Origin: an uncultured Acetatifactor sp.
GTDB taxonomy: Bacteria; Bacillota; Clostridia; Lachnospirales; Lachnospiraceae
Assembly: GCA_947581865.1 (NCBI GenBank)
Contig: CANPWA010000009.1
Location: forward strand, 24,706 to 88,705
Direction: 5' to 3'
DNA: 64,000 nucleotides
How positions within the stretch are numbered: position 1 is the stretch's first letter; each line of letters starts with the position of its first letter. Below, piece by piece: positions 18,895 to 28,571 of this stretch. The translations under genes and the position numbers were made by a program. The notes below the pieces were generated by a model. That model had not been told where the DNA came from. It ran no database searches and saw only the letters and a list, made by a program, of their open reading frames with translations.

Positions 18895-20985
18895 ATGTAC
18901 CAAAGTTATGAAATGGATCTGGCGGGACGTAAACTGGTGGTAGACGTAAACCGTGTGGGCAGACAGGCAAACGGATGTGCTTTTATGCACTATGGCGACA
19001 CTACCGTGCTCTGCACGGCCACCGCATCCGAGAAGCCCAGGGAGGGCATTGACTTTTTCCCGCTCAGCGTGGAATACGAGGAGAAGATGTATGCGGCGGG
19101 CAAGATTCCCGGCGGCTTTAACAAGCGGGAGGGCAAGGCGAGCGAGAATGCCATCCTCACCAGCCGCGTGATCGACAGACCCATGCGTCCCCTGTTTCCC
19201 AAGGATTACAGAAATGATGTCACGCTGAACAATATGGTGATGAGCGTGGATCCGGAGTGCCGCCCTGAGCTTGTGGCAATGATCGGTGCAGCCATCGCTA
19301 CCTGCATCTCGGACATTCCCTTTGACGGACCCTGTGCCATGACGCAGATGGGAATGATCGACGGGGAACTGATCGTCAATCCTTCCCAGAAGCAGTGGAA
19401 GGAGGGAGACCTGAATCTGACGGTCGCCTCCACCAGGGAAAAGGTGATCATGATCGAGGCAGGGGCAAACGAGATTCCCGAAGAAAAGATGATCGAGGCA
19501 ATTTATCAGGCGCATGAGATCAATCAGACAGTGATTGCGTTCATTGATAAGATCGTGTCCGAAGTGGGCAAGAAGAAACATGAGTACACCAGCTGCGCTA
19601 TTCCCGAAGAGATGTTCGAGGAGATGAAAAAGATCGTCACTCCCGCAGAGATGGAGGAGGCGGTATTCACCGATGAAAAGCAGGTGCGTGAGGAGAATAT
19701 CCGCCAGATCACCGCTAAATTCGAGGAGGCGTTTGCTGAGAACGAAGAGTGGCTGGCAATTTTGGGAGAGGCTGTATATCAGTACGAGAAGAAGACGGTG
19801 CGCAAAATGATCCTCAAGGACCACAAGCGTCCCGACGGCCGAGAGATCACACAGATCCGTCCCCTCGCTGCGGAGGTGGATATCATTCCCCGTGTGCATG
19901 GTTCCGCCATGTTCACCCGCGGACAGACCCAGATCTGTAATGTATGTACTCTGGCGCCCCTTTCCGAGGCGCAGAGACTGGACGGTCTCGATGAGAACGA
20001 AGTGGGCAAACGCTACATGCACCACTATAATTTCCCCTCCTACTCCGTGGGTGAGACCAAGCCTTCCCGGGGACCGGGAAGACGGGAGATCGGTCACGGT
20101 GCGCTGGCGGAGAGAGCGCTGATCCCCGTGCTGCCCTCTGAGGAGGAATTTCCTTATGCGATCCGTACCGTGTCCGAGACCTTTGAGTCAAACGGTTCCA
20201 CATCCATGGCGTCCACCTGTGCATCCTGTATGTCTCTGATGGCGGCAGGCGTGCCCATCAAAAAGATGGTGGCCGGTATTTCCTGTGGTCTGGTGACCGG
20301 AGACACGGATGACGATTTTGTCCTGCTCACCGACATCCAGGGGCTGGAGGACTTTTTCGGTGATATGGACTTTAAGGTGACCGGAACTACCGAGGGCATC
20401 ACAGCCATCCAGATGGATATCAAGATCCATGGTCTGACCAGACCCATTGTGGAGGGGGCTATCGCGCGCTGCCGTGAGGCGAGACTGTTTATCATGGACA
20501 ACTGCATGAAGCCCGCGATCGCTGCTCCCAGACCGGAGGTTGGTCCTTATGCACCCAAGATCATCTCTCTCCAGATCGATCCGGAGAGGATCGGTGATGT
20601 GGTCGGGCAGCGCGGCAAGACCATCAATGAGATCATCGCCCGCACCGGCGTGAAGATCGATATCACCGACGACGGCATGGTATCCGTCTGCGGTACGGAC
20701 AAAGAGATGATGGATAAGGCAGTGGAGATGGTCAAGATCATTGTCACCGATTTTGAGGAAGGTCAGATTTTCAAGGGCAAGGTGGTCAGCATCAAGGAAT
20801 TCGGCGCATTCATTGAGTTCGCTCCCGGCAAGGAGGGTATGGTCCACATCTCCAAGATCGCCAAGGAGAGGATCAACCGCGTGGAGGATGTTCTGACTCT
20901 CGGCGATGTGGTGACGGTCGTCTGTCTGGGGAAGGACAAGATGGGCAGGATCAGTTTCTCCATGAAGGATGTTGCACAGCAGTAA
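18895..20985 (+). CDS. pnp: polyribonucleotide nucleotidyltransferase (PNPase)
   Basis: Two RNase PH-like domains, then KH (RIGDVVGQRGKTINEI) and S1 (GQIFKGKVVSIKEFGAFIEF). GGAGG lies 5 nt before ATG 18895. Confidence 0.95.
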   Translation: MYQSYEMDLAGRKLVVDVNRVGRQANGCAFMHYGDTTVLCTATASEKPREGIDFFPLSVEYEEKMYAAGKIPGGFNKREGKASENAILTSRVIDRPMRPLFPKDYRNDVTLNNMVMSVDPECRPELVAMIGAAIATCISDIPFDGPCAMTQMGMIDGELIVNPSQKQWKEGDLNLTVASTREKVIMIEAGANEIPEEKMIEAIYQAHEINQTVIAFIDKIVSEVGKKKHEYTSCAIPEEMFEEMKKIVTPAEMEEAVFTDEKQVREENIRQITAKFEEAFAENEEWLAILGEAVYQYEKKTVRKMILKDHKRPDGREITQIRPLAAEVDIIPRVHGSAMFTRGQTQICNVCTLAPLSEAQRLDGLDENEVGKRYMHHYNFPSYSVGETKPSRGPGRREIGHGALAERALIPVLPSEEEFPYAIRTVSETFESNGSTSMASTCASCMSLMAAGVPIKKMVAGISCGLVTGDTDDDFVLLTDIQGLEDFFGDMDFKVTGTTEGITAIQMDIKIHGLTRPIVEGAIARCREARLFIMDNCMKPAIAAPRPEVGPYAPKIISLQIDPERIGDVVGQRGKTINEIIARTGVKIDITDDGMVSVCGTDKEMMDKAVEMVKIIVTDFEEGQIFKGKVVSIKEFGAFIEFAPGKEGMVHISKIAKERINRVEDVLTLGDVVTVVCLGKDKMGRISFSMKDVAQQ

Positions 20986-21014
20986 ATGGCAGGGAATCCT
21001 GTGGCAGATAAGAA

Positions 21015-21051
21015 AAGAGGGCGCGCACCGAAAGGGGTGCCCCTCTTTTTT
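21015..21051 (+). terminator. intrinsic terminator after pnp
   Basis: Stem AAGAGGG...CCCTCTT with an inner GCAC/GTGC pairing, followed by a T5 run. Confidence 0.6.
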
Positions 21052-21089
21052 GTCTGCTTTTTTTCAGCTCCTTTTTCTGATAAATTCTG

Positions 21090-21119
21090 TTGACGCGCCA
21101 CAGAGGGATTTTGTATAAT
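21090..21119 (+). promoter_or_regulatory. sigma-A-type promoter upstream of sugar kinase gene
   Basis: TTGACG (21090-21095), an 18-nt spacer, then TATAAT (21114-21119). Confidence 0.5.
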
Positions 21120-21191
21120 AAATCTGATAATGGTTATGTGCCGACATCGGCAATCGATATGCGATATAAGGGATAAGGAAGGGCGAATATT

Positions 21192-22277
21192 ATGGAACAC
21201 AGAAATCCTCTGTTGGCGGAAAATGCGGATGTAAAATTTTTGGCGGTGGGTGAGATCATGCTGCGTCTGACTCCGCCCAACTATGAAAAGATCAGAATGA
21301 CGAACACTTTTGAGGCGAGCTACGGCGGAAGCGAGGCGAATATTGCGCTGGCTCTTGCAAATCTGGGCGTGGACAGCACGTTCTTTTCCGTGGTGCCCAA
21401 CAACAGTCTCGGCAAGAGCGCTATCCGAATGCTGAGGAGCAATGATGTGCACTGCACTCCCATGATCCTCAGCACCCCCGAGGAGACACCCACGCATCGT
21501 TTGGGCACCTATTATCTGGAGACCGGGTATGGCATCCGGGCGAGCAAGGTGACATATGACAGAAAGCACAGTGCCATGGCGGAATATGATTTTTCCAAGG
21601 TGGATCTGGATTCCCTTCTGGGGGAGTTCGACTGGCTTCATTTGAGCGGCATTACCCCCGCGCTCAGCAAAAACTGCGGAAAGCTGATCATGGACTGCCT
21701 GGTGAAGGCGAAGGAGAAGGGGCTGACCGTGAGTTTTGACGGAAACTTCCGCAGTCTGCTCTGGACATGGGAGGAGGCGCGGGACTTCTGTACCCAGTGT
21801 CTGCCCTATGTGGATGTGCTGATGGGGATCGAGCCCTATCATCTGTGGCGGGATGAGAATGACCACAGCAAAGGGGACTGGAAGGATAATGTGCCCCTGC
21901 AGCCCACCTATGAGCAGCAGGATGAGATTTTTAAGGCGTTTGTGGAGCGGTATCCGAATCTCAAATGTATCGCGAGACATGTCCGCTATGCGCACAGCGG
22001 AAGTGAGAACAGCCTGAAGGCATATATGTGGTATGAGGGCCACACCTTTGAGAGTAAACTGTTTACCTTCAATATCCTGGACCGCGTGGGAGGAGGCGAT
22101 GCGTTTGCATCCGGTCTGATCTACGCCATCATGCACCATTACAAGCCCATGGATATGATCAATTTCGCAGTGGCGAGCAGCGCCATCAAGCATACCATCC
22201 ACGGGGATGCCAATATCACGGACGATGAGAAGGCGATCCGCAATCTGATGAACATGAATTACGATATAAAACGATAG
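21192..22277 (+). CDS. kdgK: PfkB-family sugar kinase, 2-dehydro-3-deoxygluconokinase-like
   Basis: N-terminal VGEIMLRL...GGSEANIALALANLG and C-terminal DRVGGGDAFASGLIYA anion-hole motif, typical of KdgK-type PfkB kinases. No eda/kdgA partner is in the window. Confidence 0.65.
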   Translation: MEHRNPLLAENADVKFLAVGEIMLRLTPPNYEKIRMTNTFEASYGGSEANIALALANLGVDSTFFSVVPNNSLGKSAIRMLRSNDVHCTPMILSTPEETPTHRLGTYYLETGYGIRASKVTYDRKHSAMAEYDFSKVDLDSLLGEFDWLHLSGITPALSKNCGKLIMDCLVKAKEKGLTVSFDGNFRSLLWTWEEARDFCTQCLPYVDVLMGIEPYHLWRDENDHSKGDWKDNVPLQPTYEQQDEIFKAFVERYPNLKCIARHVRYAHSGSENSLKAYMWYEGHTFESKLFTFNILDRVGGGDAFASGLIYAIMHHYKPMDMINFAVASSAIKHTIHGDANITDDEKAIRNLMNMNYDIKR

Positions 22278-22320
22278 TACATAATGTTTTGATGCGCTGG
22301 CATATGCGCGGGACAAAAGG

Positions 22321-25300
22321 GTGATAGAGATGATATGGGTAAAGATGTGGAGAAGGCTTGTATCATATATTCTGATCGCGGTGCTGTTTATGGAGCCCTG
22401 GGCTGTCATACAGGCGGAGGCGGCAGAGAGCGGCGCCGCTGAGGAAATAGTGACGGCGGATCCGGAGGAGACAGCGCCGGAGAGCATACAGGAAGAGAGT
22501 GTGCCTGAGACCGTACAGGAAGAGACCATACAGGAAGAGACCGTACAGGAGGACATCCTGCCGGAGGAAGAAAGCGGGATGGAAAATGCCGGGTCAGCAT
22601 ACCGGTATGTGGCTTTTTCCAAGGAAGATCGCGGGGTGGAAATCCGGCTCGGTGAAGTTTCGGACCTCATGCTCGTCGAGGACGGGGAGACTGCGGCGGT
22701 TTATAGGGTGAACAGCGCGGAAATACAGGAAATTGACTTTGAAGCGGTCGTTTCCGCGGGGTTTGCCCTGAAAATTCCGGAGGCGTTTCAGGAGATCCTT
22801 GAGATAAAGGCAGATAGTTTTGAGGACGGGTTCTGGGTGTACCGCCTGAGTCTTGCGACGTTCGGGCTGTCTTCCCCGGGGCAGGATCCGGCTGAAGTGT
22901 ACCTGCAGGCTGTACCGCGTATGGTACCTGTGACTGTGGAGGGCGGAAACGTCAAAGTGGAAGGCGTGGCAGAGGACGAAACGGCACCCGTTGGAAGCGT
23001 GGTGTCCATTGAGGTGACGCAGCCCGGCTATGCCCTCGCCCGTATCAGCGTGGATGAGGAGGGGCATGACGTTTACACTGTCATGCCCCTGGATTATGAC
23101 AATACCTACGAATTTGTGGTGGAGGATGAGACAAGGTTTCTGGTGACGGATCCGGAGCAGGCGGGAGCGCCCCTTCTCTCCGGCCCTGTGTCCAGGGCAA
23201 AGATTCCCGGTGCCATGGGGATAAAGCTGAAGAGTCTCACCAGCAGCGCCCAGGGATATCAGGAAATCGTTTTGAACTTCACTGCGGTCAAAAATGCAAA
23301 TGACGGCACCGAGACGGAGGCTGTTTACTATGAGGTGAAGGTCCAGGCTGTGGGGAAGGAAGGGCAGAAGCTGCCGGCAGGCGCCCCGGAACAGCCTTTG
23401 TATTACTATATTCCCAAGACGGCAGGCGCCGATACCCAGAGTAAATCCATACGGGTCAATGACGGGGATCTGTCCGCTTCCACGGCGTGCAGCTATGACT
23501 TTACCGTGCGGATGGTACAGATTGACAGGGACACGGAAATGCCCGGTCAGGATACCGCCGTGGAGGAAGCCCTGGAGACGGTGCTTTCCGGCAACAGCAT
23601 CACCAAACGGTTTTCCACCAAAAATTGTTACTACGAGGATAAGATCGGATTTAACAAGAAGAGATCCGCCATATACAGCGGACAAAAGAATCTGCTCATG
23701 GGGACGGTAAAGTACAGTAAAAAGGCAAGCGTCCTCCATGATCTTTCGGCGGCAGTCTACGACAGCAACGGGCAGATCTGTGATGACATCAGATGTGTCT
23801 TTAAAAACGATAACGATGAGTTGTATCTTTCGGCGGACAAGGAAACCGTCCCCGGCAGGTATACCGTCACAATTTACGCGGGCATCGGGGAGGAGCTGGA
23901 TCCGGAATCCCCTCAGAGCGGCAGCATGTACAGGTCGAACACCTCTTTTACCCTGACGGTCCAGGCGGGCATCAGTTACATCGATACCAAAGCGATCACG
24001 GACCAGGTGGCGGTGTACAACAAAAACATTTCTTTCAGTGCGGTTCCCGTGGGGTATCACGGAAGCGGGAAAAAGGCAAAAACCCAAAAATTCACCTATG
24101 AAATTTTTTCGGCGGAGCGCACCGCTTCCGGGGAGTGGAAGACAGTGGATCCCTCAGAGAAAGTCCGTGAGAATGTGTCTGTCAATAAGAGCGGTAAAGT
24201 CACTGTCAAAAAAGGGTATTATGTGGATGAAGACCCGGATTTAAACTGGATCGCCGTCGTCGTCAGGGCGGCGGACTATGAGGGCAACGAGGCATCAAAT
24301 GTAAAGTATGTCCAGGTGGTTGACGAGGTGGCAGTCCCCTCGAAGATTGTCCTGAGGACAGTCCGGGACGGCTCCGATCTGGGAACCACGCTTACTGCAG
24401 ATAAGGCGCAGGATGCCTATGTGGTGGTTTTGGATCAGAACGGAAAGGACATGACGTCCCAGGTGAAGCTGACGCCTGCCTATAAGGCGAATGCCTCTCT
24501 GGCGGTCTCGGTCCGGCAGACGGAAAATTCCTCTGAAGCCAGGCTCCAGGTGAACAGACCCGGCACAGTCACCTTAAAGGCGGCTGCCACAAACGGAAGC
24601 GGAAAATCCAAAAGTGTAAAAATTACGGTTAAAAGACCGAAGATTTCAGGGGCGGCATACCGGATCCTCGGCGTGGTCAGCGACGGATTTGATCAGGGCG
24701 AGGTTTCCACAAAGGACGGCTACGCCACCTACAGCGCGCCCAAAGGAGCGGTGTTTTCCATCCGTATGGGGGCCAGGGTCGGCAGCGCTTATTTTTATAA
24801 TGCGGGCTGGTTTGACTGGGAGTATGAGATTACGGGCGGAAGTCTCAAAAAGCAGGGAAATGATTGGCTTATCACCCCTTCGCAGAAGAATACCACGCTG
24901 AAGGTCTGGCTTTCGGATGACACATCGCGCTATTGGACGCTTAAGATCACCAACACCGGATGGAACACTCAATATGATGCCGCACAGAAGGTAAAGCTGA
25001 TCAAGGGGGAGGTCTACACCAATGCGTACAATAACGAGAGCAGCCTGGTATATCAGGGAAACAAAAATGAGGCGCCCAGACAGGTACTGACCTATCAATA
25101 CGAGTACGGAAGTTATGATTCCGTCCGCGTTGCAGGCGTTTCTCCCAACGCTCCGGGCTGTGATGTGACTGCCTTTGACCCGGAACACAGGACTTTCAGG
25201 CTGACCTTTGCCCCGGGGGGACTCAAAGCGGGAAGTTACCGGTACAGGGTGGCATTTTACAAAGGGGGTGTGTTGATGGGCAGACCGTCCCCGATAACCG

Positions 25301-25665
25301 TAAAGGTCAGCAGATCCACGCAGGTGAAGGTGACCGCATCCTATACGCTGAATCTGGCAAAACAGAATGAAATAGAAATAAAATGTTCCACCAGGAATTT
25401 TACGCCGGAGTTTGATCTCCGCCTCATGAACGCCAATGTGGGGGGAGCGGCAAACAATTTCAGCAGATATTTTGAGATGGTCCGGACCGTCGATGAGGGC
25501 ACGGGAAAAGTGAAGTTCCGGATCCGCTTTAAGGACAGTGTCACTGCCGGGGAACGGGCGGCTCTCAAGGGAAAGAGCATGACAGGTTATGTGAGGTACA
25601 GTTATTATTTAGGCTCTGTGTCTCTGAAAAATGTGACGGCGAAAATCACGATAAAGATAAAATAG
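22321..25665 (+). CDS. large secreted protein of unknown function (beta-rich, Ig-like repeats likely)
   Basis: 1114-aa ORF with a signal-peptide-like N-terminus (RRLVSYILIAVLFMEPWAVIQAEA), an acidic (S/T)(V/I)QEE repeat tract, then a long Ser/Thr/Val/Lys/Tyr-rich sequence. No LPXTG, SLH or choline-binding motif seen. The exact start is uncertain (GTG 22321, ATG 22330 or 22345). Confidence 0.7.
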   Translation: MIEMIWVKMWRRLVSYILIAVLFMEPWAVIQAEAAESGAAEEIVTADPEETAPESIQEESVPETVQEETIQEETVQEDILPEEESGMENAGSAYRYVAFSKEDRGVEIRLGEVSDLMLVEDGETAAVYRVNSAEIQEIDFEAVVSAGFALKIPEAFQEILEIKADSFEDGFWVYRLSLATFGLSSPGQDPAEVYLQAVPRMVPVTVEGGNVKVEGVAEDETAPVGSVVSIEVTQPGYALARISVDEEGHDVYTVMPLDYDNTYEFVVEDETRFLVTDPEQAGAPLLSGPVSRAKIPGAMGIKLKSLTSSAQGYQEIVLNFTAVKNANDGTETEAVYYEVKVQAVGKEGQKLPAGAPEQPLYYYIPKTAGADTQSKSIRVNDGDLSASTACSYDFTVRMVQIDRDTEMPGQDTAVEEALETVLSGNSITKRFSTKNCYYEDKIGFNKKRSAIYSGQKNLLMGTVKYSKKASVLHDLSAAVYDSNGQICDDIRCVFKNDNDELYLSADKETVPGRYTVTIYAGIGEELDPESPQSGSMYRSNTSFTLTVQAGISYIDTKAITDQVAVYNKNISFSAVPVGYHGSGKKAKTQKFTYEIFSAERTASGEWKTVDPSEKVRENVSVNKSGKVTVKKGYYVDEDPDLNWIAVVVRAADYEGNEASNVKYVQVVDEVAVPSKIVLRTVRDGSDLGTTLTADKAQDAYVVVLDQNGKDMTSQVKLTPAYKANASLAVSVRQTENSSEARLQVNRPGTVTLKAAATNGSGKSKSVKITVKRPKISGAAYRILGVVSDGFDQGEVSTKDGYATYSAPKGAVFSIRMGARVGSAYFYNAGWFDWEYEITGGSLKKQGNDWLITPSQKNTTLKVWLSDDTSRYWTLKITNTGWNTQYDAAQKVKLIKGEVYTNAYNNESSLVYQGNKNEAPRQVLTYQYEYGSYDSVRVAGVSPNAPGCDVTAFDPEHRTFRLTFAPGGLKAGSYRYRVAFYKGGVLMGRPSPITVKVSRSTQVKVTASYTLNLAKQNEIEIKCSTRNFTPEFDLRLMNANVGGAANNFSRYFEMVRTVDEGTGKVKFRIRFKDSVTAGERAALKGKSMTGYVRYSYYLGSVSLKNVTAKITIKIK
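22482..22554 (+). repeat. imperfect 15-18-bp tandem repeats inside the secreted-protein gene
   Basis: Units ...catacaggaagag / accgtacaggaagag / accatacaggaagag / accgtacaggaggac encode SIQEE-TVQEE-TIQEE-TVQED. Confidence 0.6.
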
Positions 25666-25695
25666 CGCGCGGGAAATGGTTTTTTCTGTTGGGTG

Positions 25696-25724
25696 TTGCT
25701 TTTTCTGAAAAACTATTCTATAAT
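25696..25724 (+). promoter_or_regulatory. sigma-A-type promoter upstream of nrdDG
   Basis: TTGCTT (25696-25701), a 17-nt spacer, then TATAAT (25719-25724). Confidence 0.45.
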
Positions 25725-25769
25725 ACAAGATATAGTTCCAAGCAAACAGGCAAACACAAAATGTTGAGC
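25723..25769 (+). promoter_or_regulatory. candidate tandem NrdR boxes
   Basis: ATACAAGATATAGTTC (25723-25738) and ACACAAAATGTTGAGC (25754-25769) each match the published NrdR-box consensus acaCwAtATaTwGtgt at about 12/16 positions by hand count. Their centres are 31 bp apart, the spacing typical for NrdR operators. They overlap or follow the -10 element. Confidence 0.45.
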
Positions 25770-25824
25770 TGCCGTTCCTTGTCAGTTCTGTGAAGGAGCG
25801 GCGCCGGCGGGAGAGGAAAGAATC

Positions 25825-27960
25825 ATGAGCGTAACGACGATCCAGAAGCGGGACGGACGTGTTGTACCCTTCGAGGAGGAAAAGATCATTGCGGCGATCC
25901 GCAAGGCAAATCATGAGGTGGAGGAGCAGGACAGGGCTGCGGATGAGCTGATCGCAGAGATCCTCGATCAGGTCCGGGCAGAGGATAAGGACAGGCTGAC
26001 GGTAGAACATGTGCAGGATATGATCGAGGCGAGGCTCGTCAAAGAGAACAAATATGCGCTTGCCAAGAAATATATCGTCTATCGGTACCAGCGCAGCCTC
26101 CTTCGCAAATCCAATACCACGGACGAATCCATTCTGAAACTGATCCGCAACGAGAATAAGGAGCTGGCGGAGGAGAATTCCAACAAGAATACCCGTCTTG
26201 CATCCACACAGAGAGATTATATTGCAGGGGAGGTGTCCAGGGACGTGACCAGACGCCTCCTTTTGCCTGAGCATATTTCACTGGCGCATGACAACGGAGT
26301 GCTTCACTTTCATGATGCGGATTATTTTATCCAGCCGATCTTCAACTGCTGTCTGATCAACATTCAGGACATGCTGGACAATGGGACTTCCATCAATGGC
26401 AAAATGATCGAGTCGCCCAAGAGCTTTCAGGTCGCCTGTACCGTCACCACACAGATCATCGCCGCAGTCGCCAGCAATCAGTATGGCGGACAGTCCGTGA
26501 ATGTGAAGCATCTTGGGAAATATCTCAGAAAGAGCAGAGAGAAATTTGAGCGGCAGACCCGGGAGGCGTTCGGCGATTCCCTGACGGCAGAGCAGAAAGA
26601 CAAGATTGTTGAGATCAGACTGCAGGACGAGCTGCGCGCCGGCGTACAGACCATACAGTATCAGATCAATACATTGATGACTACCAACGGACAGTCGCCC
26701 TTTGTGACGCTGTTCCTTCACATTGACGACGAGGATCCCTATGTGGAGGAGACCGTCATGATCATCCGGGAAATCCTCAACCAGCGCATTCAGGGCACCA
26801 AGAATGAGAAAGGGGTTTATGTGACGCCCGCGTTCCCCAAGCTGGTCTATGTGCTGGATGAGAACAACTGTCTGCGCGGCGGGAAGTACGACGATGTGAC
26901 AAGGCTGGCTGCGCGCTGTTCTGCCAAACGCATGTATCCCGACTATCTCTCGGCAAAGAAAATGAGGGAGAATTATGAAGGAAATGTATTTTCCTGCATG
27001 GGCTGCCGTTCGTTTTTGTCGCCGTGGAAGGATGAGCAGGGAAATTATAAATGGGAGGGGCGCTTCAATCAGGGGGTCGTCAGCATCAATCTTCCCCAGA
27101 TCGGCATTCTGGCGAAGGGGGATGAGGACGTGTTCTGGCGCCTTTTAGAGGAGAGGCTGAATCTGTGTTATGAGGCATTGATGTGCAGGCATAAGGCGCT
27201 TTTAGGCACTTTGTCCGATGTGAGCCCCATTCACTGGCAGTATGGCGCCATCGCGAGATTAAAGAAGGGTGAAAAGATAGATAAATTACTCTACGGCGGT
27301 TATTCCACCATGTCCCTGGGTTATATCGGGCTTTATGAGTTGACCTGGCTGATGAAGGGCTGCAGCCACACGGAGAAAAAGGGAAAGGAATTTGCCCTGC
27401 GCGTGATGGATGCTTTGCGGGATGCCGCCGCGCGCTGGAAGGAGGAGACCGGTATCGGATTCTCTCTCTACGGGACGCCCGCGGAGTCTTTGTGTTACCG
27501 TTTTGCCCGCATTGACCGGGAGAAATTCGGAGAGATAGAAAATGTGACGGACAAGGGATATTACACAAATTCTTATCATGTGGATGTGAGGGAACCCATC
27601 GACGCTTTCACCAAGTTTGCCTTTGAAAGTGAATTCCAGCAGAAATCCCTGGGCGGAGCGATCTCCTATGTGGAAATTCCCAATCTGCAGAATAACATAG
27701 AGGCGTTGGAGGAGCTGATCAGATATATCTATGACAATATTCAGTACGGGGAATTTAACACCAAGTCTGACTACTGTCAAGTGTGCGGCTTTGACGGGGA
27801 GATCCTCATCAATGACGACAACGAGTGGGAATGCCCCCAGTGCCACAACAAGGATCACGCCAAAATGAATGTGATCAGGCGCACTTGCGGTTATTTGGGC
27901 GAGAACTACTGGAATACGGGTAAGACCATGGAGATCAAGGCGAGGGTGCTGCATCTATGA
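25825..27960 (+). CDS. nrdD: anaerobic ribonucleoside-triphosphate reductase (class III)
   Basis: N-terminal ATP-cone (IQKRDGRVVPFEEEKI), a C-terminal Zn-ribbon CQVCG...CPQCH, and the glycyl-radical motif RTCGYLG. Confidence 0.95.
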   Translation: MSVTTIQKRDGRVVPFEEEKIIAAIRKANHEVEEQDRAADELIAEILDQVRAEDKDRLTVEHVQDMIEARLVKENKYALAKKYIVYRYQRSLLRKSNTTDESILKLIRNENKELAEENSNKNTRLASTQRDYIAGEVSRDVTRRLLLPEHISLAHDNGVLHFHDADYFIQPIFNCCLINIQDMLDNGTSINGKMIESPKSFQVACTVTTQIIAAVASNQYGGQSVNVKHLGKYLRKSREKFERQTREAFGDSLTAEQKDKIVEIRLQDELRAGVQTIQYQINTLMTTNGQSPFVTLFLHIDDEDPYVEETVMIIREILNQRIQGTKNEKGVYVTPAFPKLVYVLDENNCLRGGKYDDVTRLAARCSAKRMYPDYLSAKKMRENYEGNVFSCMGCRSFLSPWKDEQGNYKWEGRFNQGVVSINLPQIGILAKGDEDVFWRLLEERLNLCYEALMCRHKALLGTLSDVSPIHWQYGAIARLKKGEKIDKLLYGGYSTMSLGYIGLYELTWLMKGCSHTEKKGKEFALRVMDALRDAAARWKEETGIGFSLYGTPAESLCYRFARIDREKFGEIENVTDKGYYTNSYHVDVREPIDAFTKFAFESEFQQKSLGGAISYVEIPNLQNNIEALEELIRYIYDNIQYGEFNTKSDYCQVCGFDGEILINDDNEWECPQCHNKDHAKMNVIRRTCGYLGENYWNTGKTMEIKARVLHL

Positions 27961-28487
27961 ATTACGGAGCGATCAAGAAGACAGATGTCGCAAACGGAAG
28001 AGGGATCCGTGTAAGTCTCTTTGTCAGTGGCTGCACAAGAGGGTGTAAAGGCTGTTTTAACCGGGAGACCTGGGACTTTGCCTATGGGAAAACATGGGAT
28101 GAGGAGTCTTGTGGAGAGCTGATGGCGGCACTTGCGCCTTCCTATATCAGAGGGCTTTCCGTGCTGGGCGGAGAACCCTTTGAACCGTACAACTGCCCGA
28201 CGGTGGCACAGATACTGCGCAGGGTGAGGGAGCGCTGTCCCGGTAAAGACATCTGGTGCTACAGCGGCGGAATTTATGAGACCGAACTGCTGCCCAGGGC
28301 AGAGCGGGAGCCTGCGGTGCGGGAGGTGCTTGAGCTGATCGACGTGCTGGTGGACGGACCCTTTGTGGAAGAAAAAAAGAACCTTCGTCTTGCGTTTCGC
28401 GGCTCCGAAAACCAACGGCTGATCGACATGAGGCGCAGCCGGGAAGAGGGGAGGACAGTTATTTTGGAGTTGGGATCCGATATTTAA
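27957..28487 (+). CDS. nrdG: anaerobic ribonucleotide reductase activating protein (radical SAM)
   Basis: CTRGCKGCFN radical-SAM CxxxCxxC motif. ATGA start/stop overlap with nrdD. Confidence 0.9.
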   Translation: MNYGAIKKTDVANGRGIRVSLFVSGCTRGCKGCFNRETWDFAYGKTWDEESCGELMAALAPSYIRGLSVLGGEPFEPYNCPTVAQILRRVRERCPGKDIWCYSGGIYETELLPRAEREPAVREVLELIDVLVDGPFVEEKKNLRLAFRGSENQRLIDMRRSREEGRTVILELGSDI

Positions 28488-28518
28488 CAAATTTTATATA
28501 TTTTTTGCCAAGTGGTTA

Positions 28519-28547
28519 TTGACAACTAATGATAGTTAGTATATACT
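28519..28547 (+). promoter_or_regulatory. sigma-A-type promoter upstream of feo operon
   Basis: TTGACA (28519-28524), a 17-nt spacer, then TATACT (28542-28547). Confidence 0.6.
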
Positions 28548-28554
28548 AACTATC
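28525..28554 (+). promoter_or_regulatory. operator candidate: perfect 24-bp palindrome plus Fur-box-like sequence over the feo promoter
   Basis: GATAGTTAGTAT|ATACTAACTATC (28531-28554) is a perfect inverted repeat covering the -10 element. ACTAATGATAGTTAGTATA (28525-28543) matches the classical Fur box GATAATGATAATCATTATC at 13/19 positions by hand count. Confidence 0.5.
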
Positions 28555-28571
28555 GAAAGGAAGTTGATACC

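Noticed and set aside
20763-22670. 635-aa minus-strand ORF spanning the pnp 3' end, an intergenic region and the sugar kinase gene
   Set aside because: It is antisense to two well-supported + strand genes and crosses a terminator and promoter. It has no motifs or RBS, so I treat it as a spurious open frame.
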